A stretch of 64,000 nt of DNA from the NCBI GenBank assembly GCA_963790025.1, contig CAWBMP010000004.1:512001-576000 (forward strand). The letters are read 5' to 3'. This stretch comes from Nitrospirota bacterium. Lineage in GTDB: Bacteria; Nitrospirota; Thermodesulfovibrionia; Thermodesulfovibrionales; Dissulfurispiraceae. A program made the translations under genes and the position numbers. The notes beneath the pieces were generated by a model. The model was not told the DNA's origin and searched no databases. It worked only from the letters and a program-made list of their open reading frames with translations. This document shows positions 20,097-31,603 of this stretch, in pieces (the stretch's first letter is position 1; every line of letters starts with the position of its first letter).

Positions 20097-22683
20097 TCAT
20101 TTCTCAATCACTACCCTGGTCCCATCCAATGCAGGGGCCCTTGTTGCCGGGTTTACCTTCCATTTTGCGATCTCAAAAATCCCTCCCTTTTCAAAGGGCG
20201 AAATAAAGATAACATTCTCCGGCAGGCATGGGTCCAGACGCGCAGACAGGGTCACGCTCCCCGCTTCCGTCACAACCTTCACGCGTTCACCGCTTCTTAC
20301 GGATAATCTGCCTGCCAGCATTTCACTCATATTAACATAGGGTTCTGGAGAAATGCTCTTCAAGGCGGCGGAATACCTGCTTACGTTTACTGAATGAAAA
20401 AGATGCGCTTCTCTGCGGGCAAATACGATGCCCGGATCGGATTTCTTTATTAAAGGGACAAGGTCAGGCAGCTCAAGCCCTTCTATATGCACATCGTGGC
20501 GCAGCGGTTCCCCTTTATAGGGCCACACACATTTGCCGTCTGCCGTGTCATTATAAGTGATATCTCTGTAGATATGTGAAATCCCGGCGATCTCGGCAAA
20601 TACATCGGTCACGCTCCGATAGCCCATGTCAAGACCGCATATCCTGCTCACCTCGGAAATTATCTTCCAATCCTCAATGCCATCTCCGTCAACAGCCTTT
20701 CTGACGAGTTGGATCCGCCGTTCAAGATTAGTGTACGAACCCTCTTTTTCCACCCATGACAGGGCAGGCAGCACCACCTCTGCATACTGGGCAGTTTCGG
20801 AAAGAAACCTGTCCTGAACGACAAGAAATTCAAGATTCCTGAGAGCATTTCTCACATAGTTTGCATCAGGGAGACTCAGCGCTATATCTTCGCCCATCAC
20901 ATAGAGTGCCTTTATCCCGCCGTCGTGTGCGGATTCTATCATCTCGGTGTAACTGAGCCCCGGAGTCGAAGGGAGAGAAATGCCCATAGATTCTTCGCAT
21001 CTCTTCCTGAAGGTCTCAATGATCAAGGGCCTGCCGCTTGGAAGCATATCAGGCTGGCATCCCACATCCAGAAGACCCTGTTCGTTGGGAAGTTCTGAAA
21101 GGAGATATATCCTGCCGTTCAGGAGATAGGCGAGGGCGGCAAGGAACAGGAGATTCGCATGTCCGGTGCTTGTCTGAACAATGTCTCTCCCTATTATGAT
21201 CGAAGGGTTGCTCATATTTGACAGGGTATCCGCCATATCGACAAGCTCATTCAGCCCGAATCCGCCCATTTCAGCAGCGTCTTGAAGAGGCACAGCCTGG
21301 AGCCCTCTGATTATGTCCTCAAAAGCAGGCCTTTCACCCAAAAGAGATTTCTTCTTTTTCAACTCAGACACCAACGAAGCCAGCACAACCGTTTCAGTTG
21401 TCGCATTCGTGATCAAGGCATGTTTTGAAAATCGTTTCAATCCCTCCGCATATCCTATCACGACAACCGGTGCTCCTTTCCTGGAGGCAGATACTGATTT
21501 GCAAACCCAGGACGGGATTTATTGCAGTAGGGTCGCCGCCGATAACGAAAACGCCGTCGGAATTGGATATGCCCTGTATATGGTTAGCAGTAATGCCTTG
21601 CCCGAATATCTTTTCGAAGAACCTCTGGGCAGGTCCATATGCCAGGCTTGCTACTGAATCTATGTTGTTCGTGCCGATGGCCCCCCTTAAAAACTTCTGG
21701 AACACATAGGCGTCTTCATTAGTGCACCTTCCGGACACAATGCCGGCTATGCCGTCGCTCCCATGGTCTTTCTTGATCTCCCCTAACCTGTGAGCTATAT
21801 GGGTAATCGCCTCCGTCCATGTGACCGGAGTTAACTCTCCATTTCTACGCATGAGAGGCGTATCCAATTTGTGTGCCTTGTTCATCGCGTAATAACCGAA
21901 CCTGCCCCTGTTACAGAGGATCCCCTTGTTTAATCCCAGCCCCATCCTTGGCACGCTTCTAACAACAAAATTGCAGGTCTGTATCATCATGGAACACCCG
22001 ACGCCGCAATATGCACATGTCGTCTCGACCTCTTTTTCCAACTGCCACGGTCTGGCGCCATGTCTTTGCACGCGGGATGTAAGTGCCCCCGTAGGGCAAA
22101 CGTTCAAACAGTTTCCGCAATACTCACAGTTGAATTTACCCCCGGAAAACGGCTCAAGATAGGATTTGCTGCCACGGTAAGTAATGGCCAGGGCTGACGC
22201 ACCCTGAACGGTGTCACACATCCTCACACATTTTGAGCACAGAATGCAACGCTCCGGATTCCTCACTATAAGCGGATCATCATAGCTTTCGGGATGCTTT
22301 CTCTTGCCTTCAGCAAACCTGCCCTCAGAAGGACCGTATTTCATGACGAGGTCCTGCAATAAGCACTGACCCGCTTTGTCGCAGTAAGGACAATCAAGAG
22401 GATGGTTGATCAGTAAAAATTCGAGGATAGATCTTCTTGCCTTGATAATCTCATCCGTCTCGGTCCGGACCACCATGCCGTCGGCCACATATTGGGTACA
22501 CGCGGTCTGAAGTCTCGGTACTTTCTCCACTTCAACGAGACACAGCCTGCACCCGCCATAAGGCTCAAGGATATCATCATGACAAAGTGTCGGGATATGT
22601 ATCCCCGCAGACCTCGCCGCTTCAAGTATAGTGACCGGCTTCTGCAGCGTTATTTTTTTCTCATTTATGGTTACCGTTATCAT
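20097..22683 (-). pseudogene. NuoG/formate-dehydrogenase-alpha-like Fe-S molybdopterin-fold subunit, split by a +1 frameshift near 21493 (pseudogene or sequencing error)
   Basis: 5' ORF has 2Fe-2S, HxxxCxxCxxxxxC and 4Fe-4S motifs; 3' ORF has VVLPA..W.EKEGSYTN.ERR. Removing one base joins them in frame. Confidence 0.85.
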
Positions 22684-23927
22684 CGGTTTCTTATCTTTTC
22701 CTCAAAATCACTTCTGAACTTTTCGATAAAATTCTGCACCACGACTGCCGCGCCATCTCCCAGCGCGCAGAGGGTCTTACCCATAATACTCTTTGATACC
22801 TCCGTCAACAGGTCCAGGTCGTCCTCACGTCCTGCACTATTCGATATCCTTTCGAGGATCGCCTTCATCCAGCCAACCCCCTCCCTGCACGGAGTACATT
22901 TGCCACATGATTCATGTTCGAAAAACCTGGTTATCCTCAGGCAAACTTTTATCATGTCAACCGACTCGTCAAAGACCATGACAGCCCCTGAACCAAGCAT
23001 GCTGCCGACGAGTTTGGATAAACTGACAAAGTCCATGGGGCAATCTATTTTATCCGGCAGAAGCACGGGCGTCGATATCCCACCTGGGATTACAGCCTTT
23101 AGCTTTCTGTCACCCGGAATACCTCCGCAATGCGTATAAATAATCTCTCTCAAGGGAACACCCATGGGAAGCTCATATACGCCCGGTCTCCTCACATGCC
23201 CGCTCACAGAGAAAAGCTTCAGGCCGGGGCATGCCGAACTCCCTATTTTTGCATATTCATTCCCTCCGATTTCCATAATGTATGGAATATTGGCAAGGGT
23301 CTCCACATTGTTTATGACGGTAGGCTTCGCAAGGAAGCCCTGATTGACAGGGAATGGCGGTTTAAACCTCGGCTGCCCTCTCTTCCCTTCGAGGGACTCT
23401 ACAAGGGCTGTCTCTTCGCCGCAGATATAGGCGCCTGCACCGGAGTGAACAGAAAGGCGGAACTTCACGCCCTTTCCGGCGATATTATCACCGAGATAAT
23501 TCCTTTCGTATGCCTGTTCAATCGCCTTCGACAGGACCTCTTTTGCTTCCGGATATTCTCCCCTGAGATAAATATAGCCGCTTTCCGCTCCGAGGGCATA
23601 TGCCGAGATCACCATTCCTTCCAGCAATAGATGCGGGTTCTTTTCCAGTATGATCCTGTCCTTGAAAGTGCCTGGTTCGCCTTCATCTGCGTTACAAAGC
23701 AGGTATTTCGGTTTTTCGGAGTCGGCTACCGCGAATGACCATTTCATTCCGGTGGGAAACCCTGCCCCTCCCCTGCCGCGTAACCCGGACCTCTTTACCT
23801 CATCAACTACGTTAGCAGGATTCATCTCGAATGCCTTATGGAGCGAACTATATCCCCCAATCTTTATATACTCGTCTATTTGAAAAGAATTCGGATTGTC
23901 TGTATTTTTCAGCAATACTTTTTCCAT
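22680..23927 (-). CDS. nuoF: NADH-quinone oxidoreductase subunit F-like (FMN/NADH-binding)
   Basis: GRGGAGFPTG.KW, NADEGEPGT.KD, AYICGEETAL, ESCGKCTPCREG. Confidence 0.93.
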   Translation of the reverse strand: MEKVLLKNTDNPNSFQIDEYIKIGGYSSLHKAFEMNPANVVDEVKRSGLRGRGGAGFPTGMKWSFAVADSEKPKYLLCNADEGEPGTFKDRIILEKNPHLLLEGMVISAYALGAESGYIYLRGEYPEAKEVLSKAIEQAYERNYLGDNIAGKGVKFRLSVHSGAGAYICGEETALVESLEGKRGQPRFKPPFPVNQGFLAKPTVINNVETLANIPYIMEIGGNEYAKIGSSACPGLKLFSVSGHVRRPGVYELPMGVPLREIIYTHCGGIPGDRKLKAVIPGGISTPVLLPDKIDCPMDFVSLSKLVGSMLGSGAVMVFDESVDMIKVCLRITRFFEHESCGKCTPCREGVGWMKAILERISNSAGREDDLDLLTEVSKSIMGKTLCALGDGAAVVVQNFIEKFRSDFEEKIRNR

Positions 23928-23928
23928 A

Positions 23929-24405
23929 TCAATTATACTTCTCCAGAATTTCTATGATACTTTCCTCTGTGAGGTTGCCGTAAAAGCTTGTATCGACAAG
24001 CATTGCAGGGGCCCTGTCACAGGCGCCTATACATTCCATTATGACAAGAGAAAACCTATTATCAGGACTGGTGAGGTTCGGTTCAAGTCCGTATTTTCCC
24101 TTTAAGACATCCACGAGTCTTTCTCCGCCCATGATCATGCAGGCAACATTAGTACATAACTGGATGAGATGCCTGCCCATTGGCTTATGGGCGAACATCG
24201 AATAAAAGGTGGAAATGCCTTTGACTGTTGCCGCCGGGATATTCAGTGTTTCTGACGCTGTCTCCAAAGCCTCGGGACTCAACCACCCATATTCTCTTTG
24301 AAGAATGTAAAGTACAGGTAAAAGGCAGGAGTTGACATCGTCATACTTACTCTTCAGTTCGTTGATTTCATCAAGAATCCTGTTGTCCAGTAACATTTTT
24401 TTCAA
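23929..24405 (-). CDS. nuoE: NADH-quinone oxidoreductase subunit E-like (2Fe-2S)
   Basis: TFYSMF, CTNVAC, ECIGACDRAP. Confidence 0.92.
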   Translation of the reverse strand: MKKMLLDNRILDEINELKSKYDDVNSCLLPVLYILQREYGWLSPEALETASETLNIPAATVKGISTFYSMFAHKPMGRHLIQLCTNVACMIMGGERLVDVLKGKYGLEPNLTSPDNRFSLVIMECIGACDRAPAMLVDTSFYGNLTEESIIEILEKYN

Positions 24406-24550
24406 CCCTCCGGGACACAGATCAAACGAATAATTTAAAAAATTTTCCTGAACAACGTTTTTTTACAATTTGATCATTAATCATAATAAAATAACATTTT
24501 GTTTGTCAATCGATAAATATAGTTTATAATGCAAGTCAGGTTTTCGCCAT

Positions 24551-24615
24551 AAAAAAGGCCGGCAGCCGAGCACTCAACTCGCCTCTGCGGGCGAGTTGAG
24601 TGCTCGGCGCCAGCC
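24551..24615 (-). terminator. Intrinsic terminator after hppA
   Basis: 19-bp perfect stem GCCGAGCACTCAACTCGCC/GGCGAGTTGAGTGCTCGGC, extended and followed by a T6 run on the minus strand. Confidence 0.8.
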
Positions 24616-24635
24616 TCCAAATCAGAGATAATCGG

Positions 24636-26711
24636 CTACTTCATAAGTGGAACTATAAGCAGCGCCACTATGTTGATGACTTTGATCATCGGGTTGATGG
24701 CCGGTCCTGCGGTGTCCTTGTAAGGATCGCCGACCGTGTCGCCCGTCACAGAAGCTTTGTGTCCATCACTGCCCTTTTTATGCACTACACCTTTATCATC
24801 AGTAACGCCGTCTTCAAAGGACTTCTTGGCGTTGTCCCACGCGCCGCCACCGCTTGTCATAGCAATGGCCTGGAATAATCCGGTCAGGATGGCTCCGATA
24901 AGGACGCCTCCAAGGGCCTCTCTTCCCAGCAGCATTCCGACAACAATAGGGACCACCACTGGTATAAGGGCCGGGACCATCATCTGCCTGATAGCGCCTT
25001 TTGTGACAATGTCAACGCACTTTCCGTATTCCGGCTTTGCCTTATACTCCATAATGCCGGGTATCTCCCTGAACTGTCTTCTGACTTCTTCAACAATACT
25101 GCCCGCCGCCTTTCCAACAGCCTCCATAAGGAGTGAGCCGAAATAATAAGGAAGCAGACCCCCGATGAAAAGACCGGCAAGGACCATCGGGTTGGAGAGA
25201 TCAAACAGTATAGTAGCCCCGAACGACCTTGAATACTCCGCAAAAAGGACCAGGGCCGCAAGACCTGCAGAGCCTATGGCATAACCCTTTGTAACAGCCT
25301 TTGTCGTGTTGCCGACTGCATCCAGCGGGTCTGTGATAGCACGAATCTCTTCAGGCAATCCCGACATCTCTGCGATACCGCCTGCATTGTCTGTTATAGG
25401 TCCATAGGAGTCAATCGCAACAACAATTCCTGTCATTGAAAGCATCGAAACCGCTGACAAGGCGATAGCGAAAAGACCACCAGCCGCATCACCATTAAAT
25501 CCGCCGCCCAATGAATAAGCGCCCAGGATTGAGGCGACTATAACTATAACAGGAGCGCCGGTTGCCTTCATACTGACCGCGAGGCCGGCAATCACGTTTG
25601 TGCCGTGACCGGTCAGACTGGCCTTCGCAATATGTTGCACAGGACTATACTCTTTTGCGGTAAAGTACTCGGTTATGACCACGATCAGGCCTGTCAAAGC
25701 GAGACCGATAAGCGCCATAAGAAAAACATGCATCTGTGTAAACGCCGGATGCGCAACCAACGAGGCTGAAGCAGGGCCTCCAAGAAACCTCCCTGTTACT
25801 ATATAGAATACAATTGCAGCGAGAATTCCCGAAACCGCGAGTCCCTTATAAAGGGCGCCCATGATATACTGGTTTTTGCCGAGCTTAACTGCAAATGTAC
25901 CGATAATAGAAGCGATGATAGATATACCGCCAAGAAGCATCGGGAATTCAACCCACGGGCTGTCAGCTCCAAAAACCGTCTTTGCAAGGAGCATTGCTGC
26001 AACAAGAGTGACCGTGTATGTCTCATAAAGGTCGGCTGCCATACCTGCGCAGTCGCCGACGTTGTCACCGACGTTGTCCGCTATAACAGCAGGGTTTCTC
26101 GGATCATCCTCAGGGATCCCGGCCTCAACCTTGCCGACAAGGTCTGCCCCAACATCAGCAGCCTTTGTGTAAATACCGCCCGCGATACGGGCAAATACGC
26201 TCATGAGTGAGCACCCGAAGCCGAGCCCTACCAGCGCATGGAAGGCCATCTCAGGAGCCGCCTGCTTTGCTATCGTATAGAATCCTGCAAGACCGATGAT
26301 TCCGAGGCCGACAACCATAACCCCTGTAACAGAACCGCCCTTGAAAGCGAGGCTGAGTGCAGCCTGGAGTCCCTTGTGAGCGGCCTGCGTGGTGCGCACA
26401 TTGGCGCGAACTGTCACCCACATACCGACAAAGCCGGCAAGTGCTGAACCGACAGTACCGATAATAAAACCAATACTGGTCCAAATTCCAAGTCCAATTG
26501 CAGCAATTAAAATAACAAGGATAACAGCCACAACTGCAACAGTTTTATACTCGCGGGCTAGAAAAGCATATGCTCCCTCTTTAACTGCATTGGATATCTC
26601 CTGCATCTTAGCACTACCTGCGTCCTGCTTCGATACCCACATTGCAGTAATTACAGCGTATACCACGCCCAAAACGCCGCAAGCTAAAGCAAAAAGTATT
26701 GTATGACTCAT
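24636..26711 (-). CDS. hppA: Membrane H+-translocating pyrophosphatase, K+-independent type
   Basis: [30 protein letters not shown] has Lys at the K+-dependence site. Confidence 0.96.
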   Translation of the reverse strand: MSHTILFALACGVLGVVYAVITAMWVSKQDAGSAKMQEISNAVKEGAYAFLAREYKTVAVVAVILVILIAAIGLGIWTSIGFIIGTVGSALAGFVGMWVTVRANVRTTQAAHKGLQAALSLAFKGGSVTGVMVVGLGIIGLAGFYTIAKQAAPEMAFHALVGLGFGCSLMSVFARIAGGIYTKAADVGADLVGKVEAGIPEDDPRNPAVIADNVGDNVGDCAGMAADLYETYTVTLVAAMLLAKTVFGADSPWVEFPMLLGGISIIASIIGTFAVKLGKNQYIMGALYKGLAVSGILAAIVFYIVTGRFLGGPASASLVAHPAFTQMHVFLMALIGLALTGLIVVITEYFTAKEYSPVQHIAKASLTGHGTNVIAGLAVSMKATGAPVIVIVASILGAYSLGGGFNGDAAGGLFAIALSAVSMLSMTGIVVAIDSYGPITDNAGGIAEMSGLPEEIRAITDPLDAVGNTTKAVTKGYAIGSAGLAALVLFAEYSRSFGATILFDLSNPMVLAGLFIGGLLPYYFGSLLMEAVGKAAGSIVEEVRRQFREIPGIMEYKAKPEYGKCVDIVTKGAIRQMMVPALIPVVVPIVVGMLLGREALGGVLIGAILTGLFQAIAMTSGGGAWDNAKKSFEDGVTDDKGVVHKKGSDGHKASVTGDTVGDPYKDTAGPAINPMIKVINIVALLIVPLMK

Positions 26712-26867
26712 CTACTATCTCCTCCTTACGAATGAATTTTTTAAAACGCGCATAACTTTAACACAAAAGGGCCGTCGCCGTATACCGATCAACCGGGTGC
26801 CGGTCAACCATATATAGACGGCTCCATAGTGCATCCCTTCAATCACCCCCTTTGTGATTAGTCTTGA

Positions 26868-28031
26868 TTACTGTTCCCTTTGTGCATGCCGCGCAAAAAC
26901 CATAGCCGTTGTCCTGTACACCATATGTGCCATTTTTGAAAAAGGTGCGTAAGCGAAAAGAAAAAAGATAAAAACCAGATGTATGAAGTAGACAGGATAA
27001 GCAACAGGGGCCACATCGGCAAGCCGCAGCACCTCGGACAAAATTCCTGTAACGACTATGGTAAATATAACCACAATAAAGAGCCAGTCAAAATAGCTTC
27101 CGCCTCCCGCCTTTTCGGCATTCTTCAGGCGGTTCGCAGTGACAAACAGCATACCCAGCAGCAGTGCAAACGCGCTGGCGTTGCCGACAATCTTCATCGG
27201 GTCATAGAGGGGATAAGGTGTTTCGCCAAAGTGAAAAATGGACGTCGCCTGAATGCCAAAAATTTCATGCCCGTAAAGGTAGAGAACTCCCCACCCGGTC
27301 GTGACGGCAAGGCCTATAAAAGCATAAAAAACCAGCATGTGCGCCGTAGAACGGTCTTTTGTGACATTGCACTTCTTGAACCTGTCATGCGACAGGATAT
27401 CGCAGATCGTCGCCTTTAAGCTGTCCATCACATTGCCCTTTAATTGCATGCCTGCACTCATATCCGCCCAGTACTTTTTAATACCTATAAAGAAGGATAT
27501 TACGGCAAATGCGGATGCCAGTATGAACACCGTATCTATATAAGGTACAGGTATAAAATTTGAATATACTATCCCTCCATTCGCGCCCCTCGGAATGTCC
27601 GAAAGGTGGCCCAACGAAGTGATAATGCCCAGAAAAATGAGGACCGGCAATGCGAACAGCAGGAGAATGAATTTCGGATCAGCCGTCATGTTGGCCAACG
27701 CACCGGGCACCGCATAATTCTTGATCGTCATTTTCCTTATCGCGCCGAGCACCTCGCCCGGCTTTGCTCCCCTCGGGCAGTAGGCGGTGCAGTCGCTGCA
27801 CTGGTGGCAAAGCCAGACATCCGGATTGCTTATCAGCTTGTCTTTCATCCCCCACTGCGCATACATCATCTCTTTTCTGGGGAAAGGCTTTTCATCGGGG
27901 GTAACATTGCAGACCACTGTGCAGGTGGAGCACTGGTAGCATTTCTTCAGCGACTCGCCACCCGAGGCAATAATATCATTGACAAAATTCAAGTCCGGCT
28001 TTATTATTTGTTCCATTGTCTGTTCCGGCAT
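26868..28031 (-). CDS. qmoC: Quinone-modifying oxidoreductase membrane subunit C
   Basis: Two 4Fe-4S motifs plus heme-b TM region (SKMAH), after qmoAB. Confidence 0.93.
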   Translation of the reverse strand: MPEQTMEQIIKPDLNFVNDIIASGGESLKKCYQCSTCTVVCNVTPDEKPFPRKEMMYAQWGMKDKLISNPDVWLCHQCSDCTAYCPRGAKPGEVLGAIRKMTIKNYAVPGALANMTADPKFILLLFALPVLIFLGIITSLGHLSDIPRGANGGIVYSNFIPVPYIDTVFILASAFAVISFFIGIKKYWADMSAGMQLKGNVMDSLKATICDILSHDRFKKCNVTKDRSTAHMLVFYAFIGLAVTTGWGVLYLYGHEIFGIQATSIFHFGETPYPLYDPMKIVGNASAFALLLGMLFVTANRLKNAEKAGGGSYFDWLFIVVIFTIVVTGILSEVLRLADVAPVAYPVYFIHLVFIFFLFAYAPFSKMAHMVYRTTAMVFARHAQREQ

Positions 28032-28042
28032 ATCGCTTCCTC

Positions 28043-30190
28043 CTAAAAGCCCTTGAAAGGATTAGGGCCTATTTCTTTAACTCTGTCTACAAAGTCGCCT
28101 ATTACTTTCGTGATCTTATCATATTCGTCAATGGCGAGTTGTACCATCCCCACGCGCTCGGATTCGAGCTGCAGCCTGCCGAGTGTTTCCTGTACCTTGC
28201 CGAGCCGGTAATCTGCGAGTTCGCTGCCCTTTGCAAAGTGGCATTGGTAATTATCTCCGAACTTGCAGCCCAGCAGGAGCATACCATCCACTCCCCTTGA
28301 GAGGGCATCTGCGATCCAAACCAGGTTTGTAGAGCCAAGACACCTGAGCTGTATGATCCTCACCGCCGGGTCAATCTTCATATGCTTTAATGCCGCAGTG
28401 TCAATGGCGGGATATGCGTCATTTTCACAGGCAAGAACAATGATCCTCGGCTTGTCGTCTTCGGACGGCACGGATACGTTCTTCATCATGGAGCCGATCA
28501 TATCGACATGATAATCCTTGAACGAAATAATCCTCTCCGGGCATGCCCCCATGCAGGTTGCGCATCTTCTGCAGCGCCCCGGCTTGAAGAAGGGAGTCCC
28601 CTTCTCGTCCTCGTCAATGGCCCCGAACGGGCATTCTTCCGTGCACCGCTTGCAGGACGTACACCGCTGCATCAAGGGGTCGGGCCACGTTATGTCCCAT
28701 GCCCTCGGATGCACCGCCATGCCTTGGGCAACATGCTCCGCAGACTGTATCGCCTTGAGGGCCGCGCCGGTCGCGTCTTCCTGCGCCTCAGACATACTCA
28801 TGGGCTGGCGCACGCATCCTGCGGCGTATATTCCCGTCCTCCTGGTTTCGTACTGGAAACAAATAAAATTGGAATCAGCGAACCCGTCATATAATTCAAG
28901 ATCAGGCAAACCCGGTCCCTGCCGGTACTGAAGATTCAAGACCGGGTCGTCTACGGTTGCAGGGACAATGCCGGTCGCAAGGACTACGAGGTCCGCCTCT
29001 ACCTTCACTTTATCGCCAAGGAGGCTGCCTTCCATTTCCACGTACAGGTTCCCGTTCCCCGCCTCGGACACGCCGGTTACGTCGCCTTTCGTCATCATAA
29101 CACCAGGGTCATTCTGCGCAGCCTTGTAATAGTATTCGAGATTACCGGGCGTCCTGATGTCCTTGTAGAGGATCATTGCGGTTGCATCCGGGTCCTGCCG
29201 GACATATTTCGCCTGTTTCAGAGAAGTCGTACAACACATCGCCGAGCAGTAAGGCAAGTGATTCGGGTCTCTCTGGCCCGCGCACTGTATAAAGGCGACC
29301 TTCTTGGCCTCTTTACCGTCTGAAGGCCTCGCAATCTTTCCTTTTCTTGCAATTTCTTCAAACTCAATATTGGTTACAACATCTTTTGATTTTCCATAGC
29401 CCAGGTGCTCAAGCTTGTTTGCATCATAAGGTCTCCACCCGGCAGCCATGATAACAGCACCGATCTTCACCACCTCGGAATTTCCATTGGATGTAATAGT
29501 CACATCGAATTGGCCTGGCTGTCCTTCTATCTTCTCCACCTTTGAGGACTTGAATACCTTTATATTGGCATTGCCTTCGGCCTCTTTGATTGTTTTGTCT
29601 ATGTCGGTATCTACAATCAGCGGCCCCGTAAACTCACCCTCTGATGCCGGGACTTTCTTAAAGAGTTTGTTGGCGAATCCGCCCAGCCGGTCTTCCTTCT
29701 CGACCAGCACCACCTGATAGCCCGCCTTCGCAGATTTCAGGGCAGCAGTCATACCCGAAATACCGCCGCCTATAACGAGAATGGTTTTCACCGTTTCCAT
29801 CATATAAGGTTCAGGGAGATCGCCTTTCTGCGCCTTGATAACACCCATTTTAATATAGTCTTCTGCCGCCATCTGGGCCTCTTCGGTTTTTGGTTCCTGT
29901 GTCCAGACAGCCAACTCCCTGAGGGATATCCTTTCGACCAGGCAGCCGGGAAAATCGAATTCCTCATACTTGACACGACCGGAGCATGCTGCAAGCACTA
30001 CAGTGTTGACCGCAGCACTTTTAATGTCTTCCTTGATGAGTTCCAGACCTTCTTTGCCGCAAAGGGCGAAGTGGGACCTGACAACCGGGACCTTTAAGGA
30101 GTTAGTAGCAATATTGATCGACTTTTCGACATCTATGGAGTCTCCAATGGAGCACCCCGTACATATATATAGTCCTATATTTTTATCCAT
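28043..30190 (-). CDS. qmoB: QmoB (HdrA-like with C-terminal MvhD domain)
   Basis: GGGISG FAD site, 4Fe-4S motifs, CENDAYPA...RCLGS...GCKFG..YQCHF. Confidence 0.95.
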   Translation of the reverse strand: MDKNIGLYICTGCSIGDSIDVEKSINIATNSLKVPVVRSHFALCGKEGLELIKEDIKSAAVNTVVLAACSGRVKYEEFDFPGCLVERISLRELAVWTQEPKTEEAQMAAEDYIKMGVIKAQKGDLPEPYMMETVKTILVIGGGISGMTAALKSAKAGYQVVLVEKEDRLGGFANKLFKKVPASEGEFTGPLIVDTDIDKTIKEAEGNANIKVFKSSKVEKIEGQPGQFDVTITSNGNSEVVKIGAVIMAAGWRPYDANKLEHLGYGKSKDVVTNIEFEEIARKGKIARPSDGKEAKKVAFIQCAGQRDPNHLPYCSAMCCTTSLKQAKYVRQDPDATAMILYKDIRTPGNLEYYYKAAQNDPGVMMTKGDVTGVSEAGNGNLYVEMEGSLLGDKVKVEADLVVLATGIVPATVDDPVLNLQYRQGPGLPDLELYDGFADSNFICFQYETRRTGIYAAGCVRQPMSMSEAQEDATGAALKAIQSAEHVAQGMAVHPRAWDITWPDPLMQRCTSCKRCTEECPFGAIDEDEKGTPFFKPGRCRRCATCMGACPERIISFKDYHVDMIGSMMKNVSVPSEDDKPRIIVLACENDAYPAIDTAALKHMKIDPAVRIIQLRCLGSTNLVWIADALSRGVDGMLLLGCKFGDNYQCHFAKGSELADYRLGKVQETLGRLQLESERVGMVQLAIDEYDKITKVIGDFVDRVKEIGPNPFKGF

Positions 30191-30197
30191 CGTTCGA

Positions 30198-31457
30198 TTA
30201 CCTCCCCTGTCCTGTCGTAATTGCCTTCAGGACTGCGCTTGTTGCATCCTGTGCCGAGCGGGCAACATCCATGGGGTTCCTGCTGCAACCGGCAGCATGC
30301 ACTCCCTGGTCCGACAGTGCAAAACCATCGACAGTATACTTCATCCCGTCAATCTTCCCGGCAGCCCCTGCCGGCTGCATGCCGGTGGCAAGGACCACCA
30401 TATCAGCCCTCACCTTCACCTTATTGCCGGTCTGCATATCTTCAGCCTCGACAATCACATCGTCGGAGCCTTCGGCCTGAATTATTTTTGCAACCTTCCC
30501 CTTTGTAAAGGAAACATTGGGGTCCTCTTTTACTTTCATGTAGAATTTCTCGTATTTGCCGGGGGTCCTGATATCGATATAGAAAATATGGGCCTTCGAT
30601 TCAGGGTTCTGCTCCCGTATATAAGTGGTTTGCTTCAGCGAGGCAAGACAGCATATATAAGAACAGAACGGCAAGTGGTTCTCATCCCTGCTGCCCGCGC
30701 ACTGCACAAACACGATGTTTTCGACAGGCTTGCCGTCGGAAGGCCTTATTATCTTTCCGCCTGTAGGCCCGGTCGGAGATGCCAGCCGCTCCATCATCAT
30801 ATTAGTAATGACATTTTTAACAGTCCCGAAACTCAGCGTATCTATTTTATTTGCATCGTAAGGGTCCCAACCTGTGGCGACCACAATGGAATTTACCTTG
30901 AGTGTGATCGTTTCCTGCTTCATCCCCAGGTCTATTGCATCATACTTGCATGCTTTCTGACATGCCTTCCCGCAATCGCTGCCGCAGTGGGCGCTATCGA
31001 TTACATATTTTTGGGGGAATGCCTGGTTGAATGGAAGGTAAGCAGCTTTTGTCTTGTCCATGCCGAAATTATACTCATTGGGCCTCTCTGACGGACATGC
31101 TTCAGCACATGCGTTGCATGCAACACAATTATCGTTTACATAACGTGGTGCAAGTTTCACCGTCACGGTATAATCACCGGGGCCGCCGGTTATTTTTTCA
31201 ACTTCTGCCATTGTGAAGAAACTGATCCGCGGGTTTGTCTTGAGTCTCTTGAAGTTAAGCTCAAGTCCGCAGATGGGAGGGCAAAGTTTTGGGAAATATT
31301 TATTAAGCTGTGCGACTCTTCCGCCTAAGTATGGGTTTCTTTCTACCACTATCACTTCGGCGTCTGTTTCCGCAGCATCCACCGCAGTGGTAATGCCGCT
31401 GAAACCTCCGCCAATCACTAATATGCGATTGGGCTGTTTATTGCTTTGATCTGGCAT
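30198..31457 (-). CDS. qmoA: QmoA (HdrA-like flavoprotein)
   Basis: GGGFSG, YFPKLCPP.CG, QCAGSRD; start set by RBS AGGAGGAG. Confidence 0.95.
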   Translation of the reverse strand: MPDQSNKQPNRILVIGGGFSGITTAVDAAETDAEVIVVERNPYLGGRVAQLNKYFPKLCPPICGLELNFKRLKTNPRISFFTMAEVEKITGGPGDYTVTVKLAPRYVNDNCVACNACAEACPSERPNEYNFGMDKTKAAYLPFNQAFPQKYVIDSAHCGSDCGKACQKACKYDAIDLGMKQETITLKVNSIVVATGWDPYDANKIDTLSFGTVKNVITNMMMERLASPTGPTGGKIIRPSDGKPVENIVFVQCAGSRDENHLPFCSYICCLASLKQTTYIREQNPESKAHIFYIDIRTPGKYEKFYMKVKEDPNVSFTKGKVAKIIQAEGSDDVIVEAEDMQTGNKVKVRADMVVLATGMQPAGAAGKIDGMKYTVDGFALSDQGVHAAGCSRNPMDVARSAQDATSAVLKAITTGQGR

Positions 31458-31565
31458 ACCGCTCCTCCTTATTGATTGTAATGCATGATCAGTGATGGGC
31501 AATAAACCACAGGCTGCAGGCTATTGGTCCTCGTATTTATTACACATTACTCATAACGCATAAAA

Positions 31566-31594
31566 TTAAAGGGAGGGGCGTTGCCGCCCCTCCC
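31566..31594 (-). terminator. Intrinsic terminator after aprA
   Basis: GGGAGGGGCG-GCAA-CGCCCCTCCC followed by a T-rich tail. Confidence 0.7.
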
Positions 31595-31603
31595 AAAGAA
31601 CAA

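Noticed and set aside
21660..21700. Selenocysteine-containing formate dehydrogenase
   Set aside because: No in-frame UGA; the catalytic position is Ala and the break is a frameshift, not read-through
29970..31091. 373-aa plus-strand ORF (likewise 57614-58531)
   Set aside because: Antisense shadows of qmoA/qmoB and nifJ
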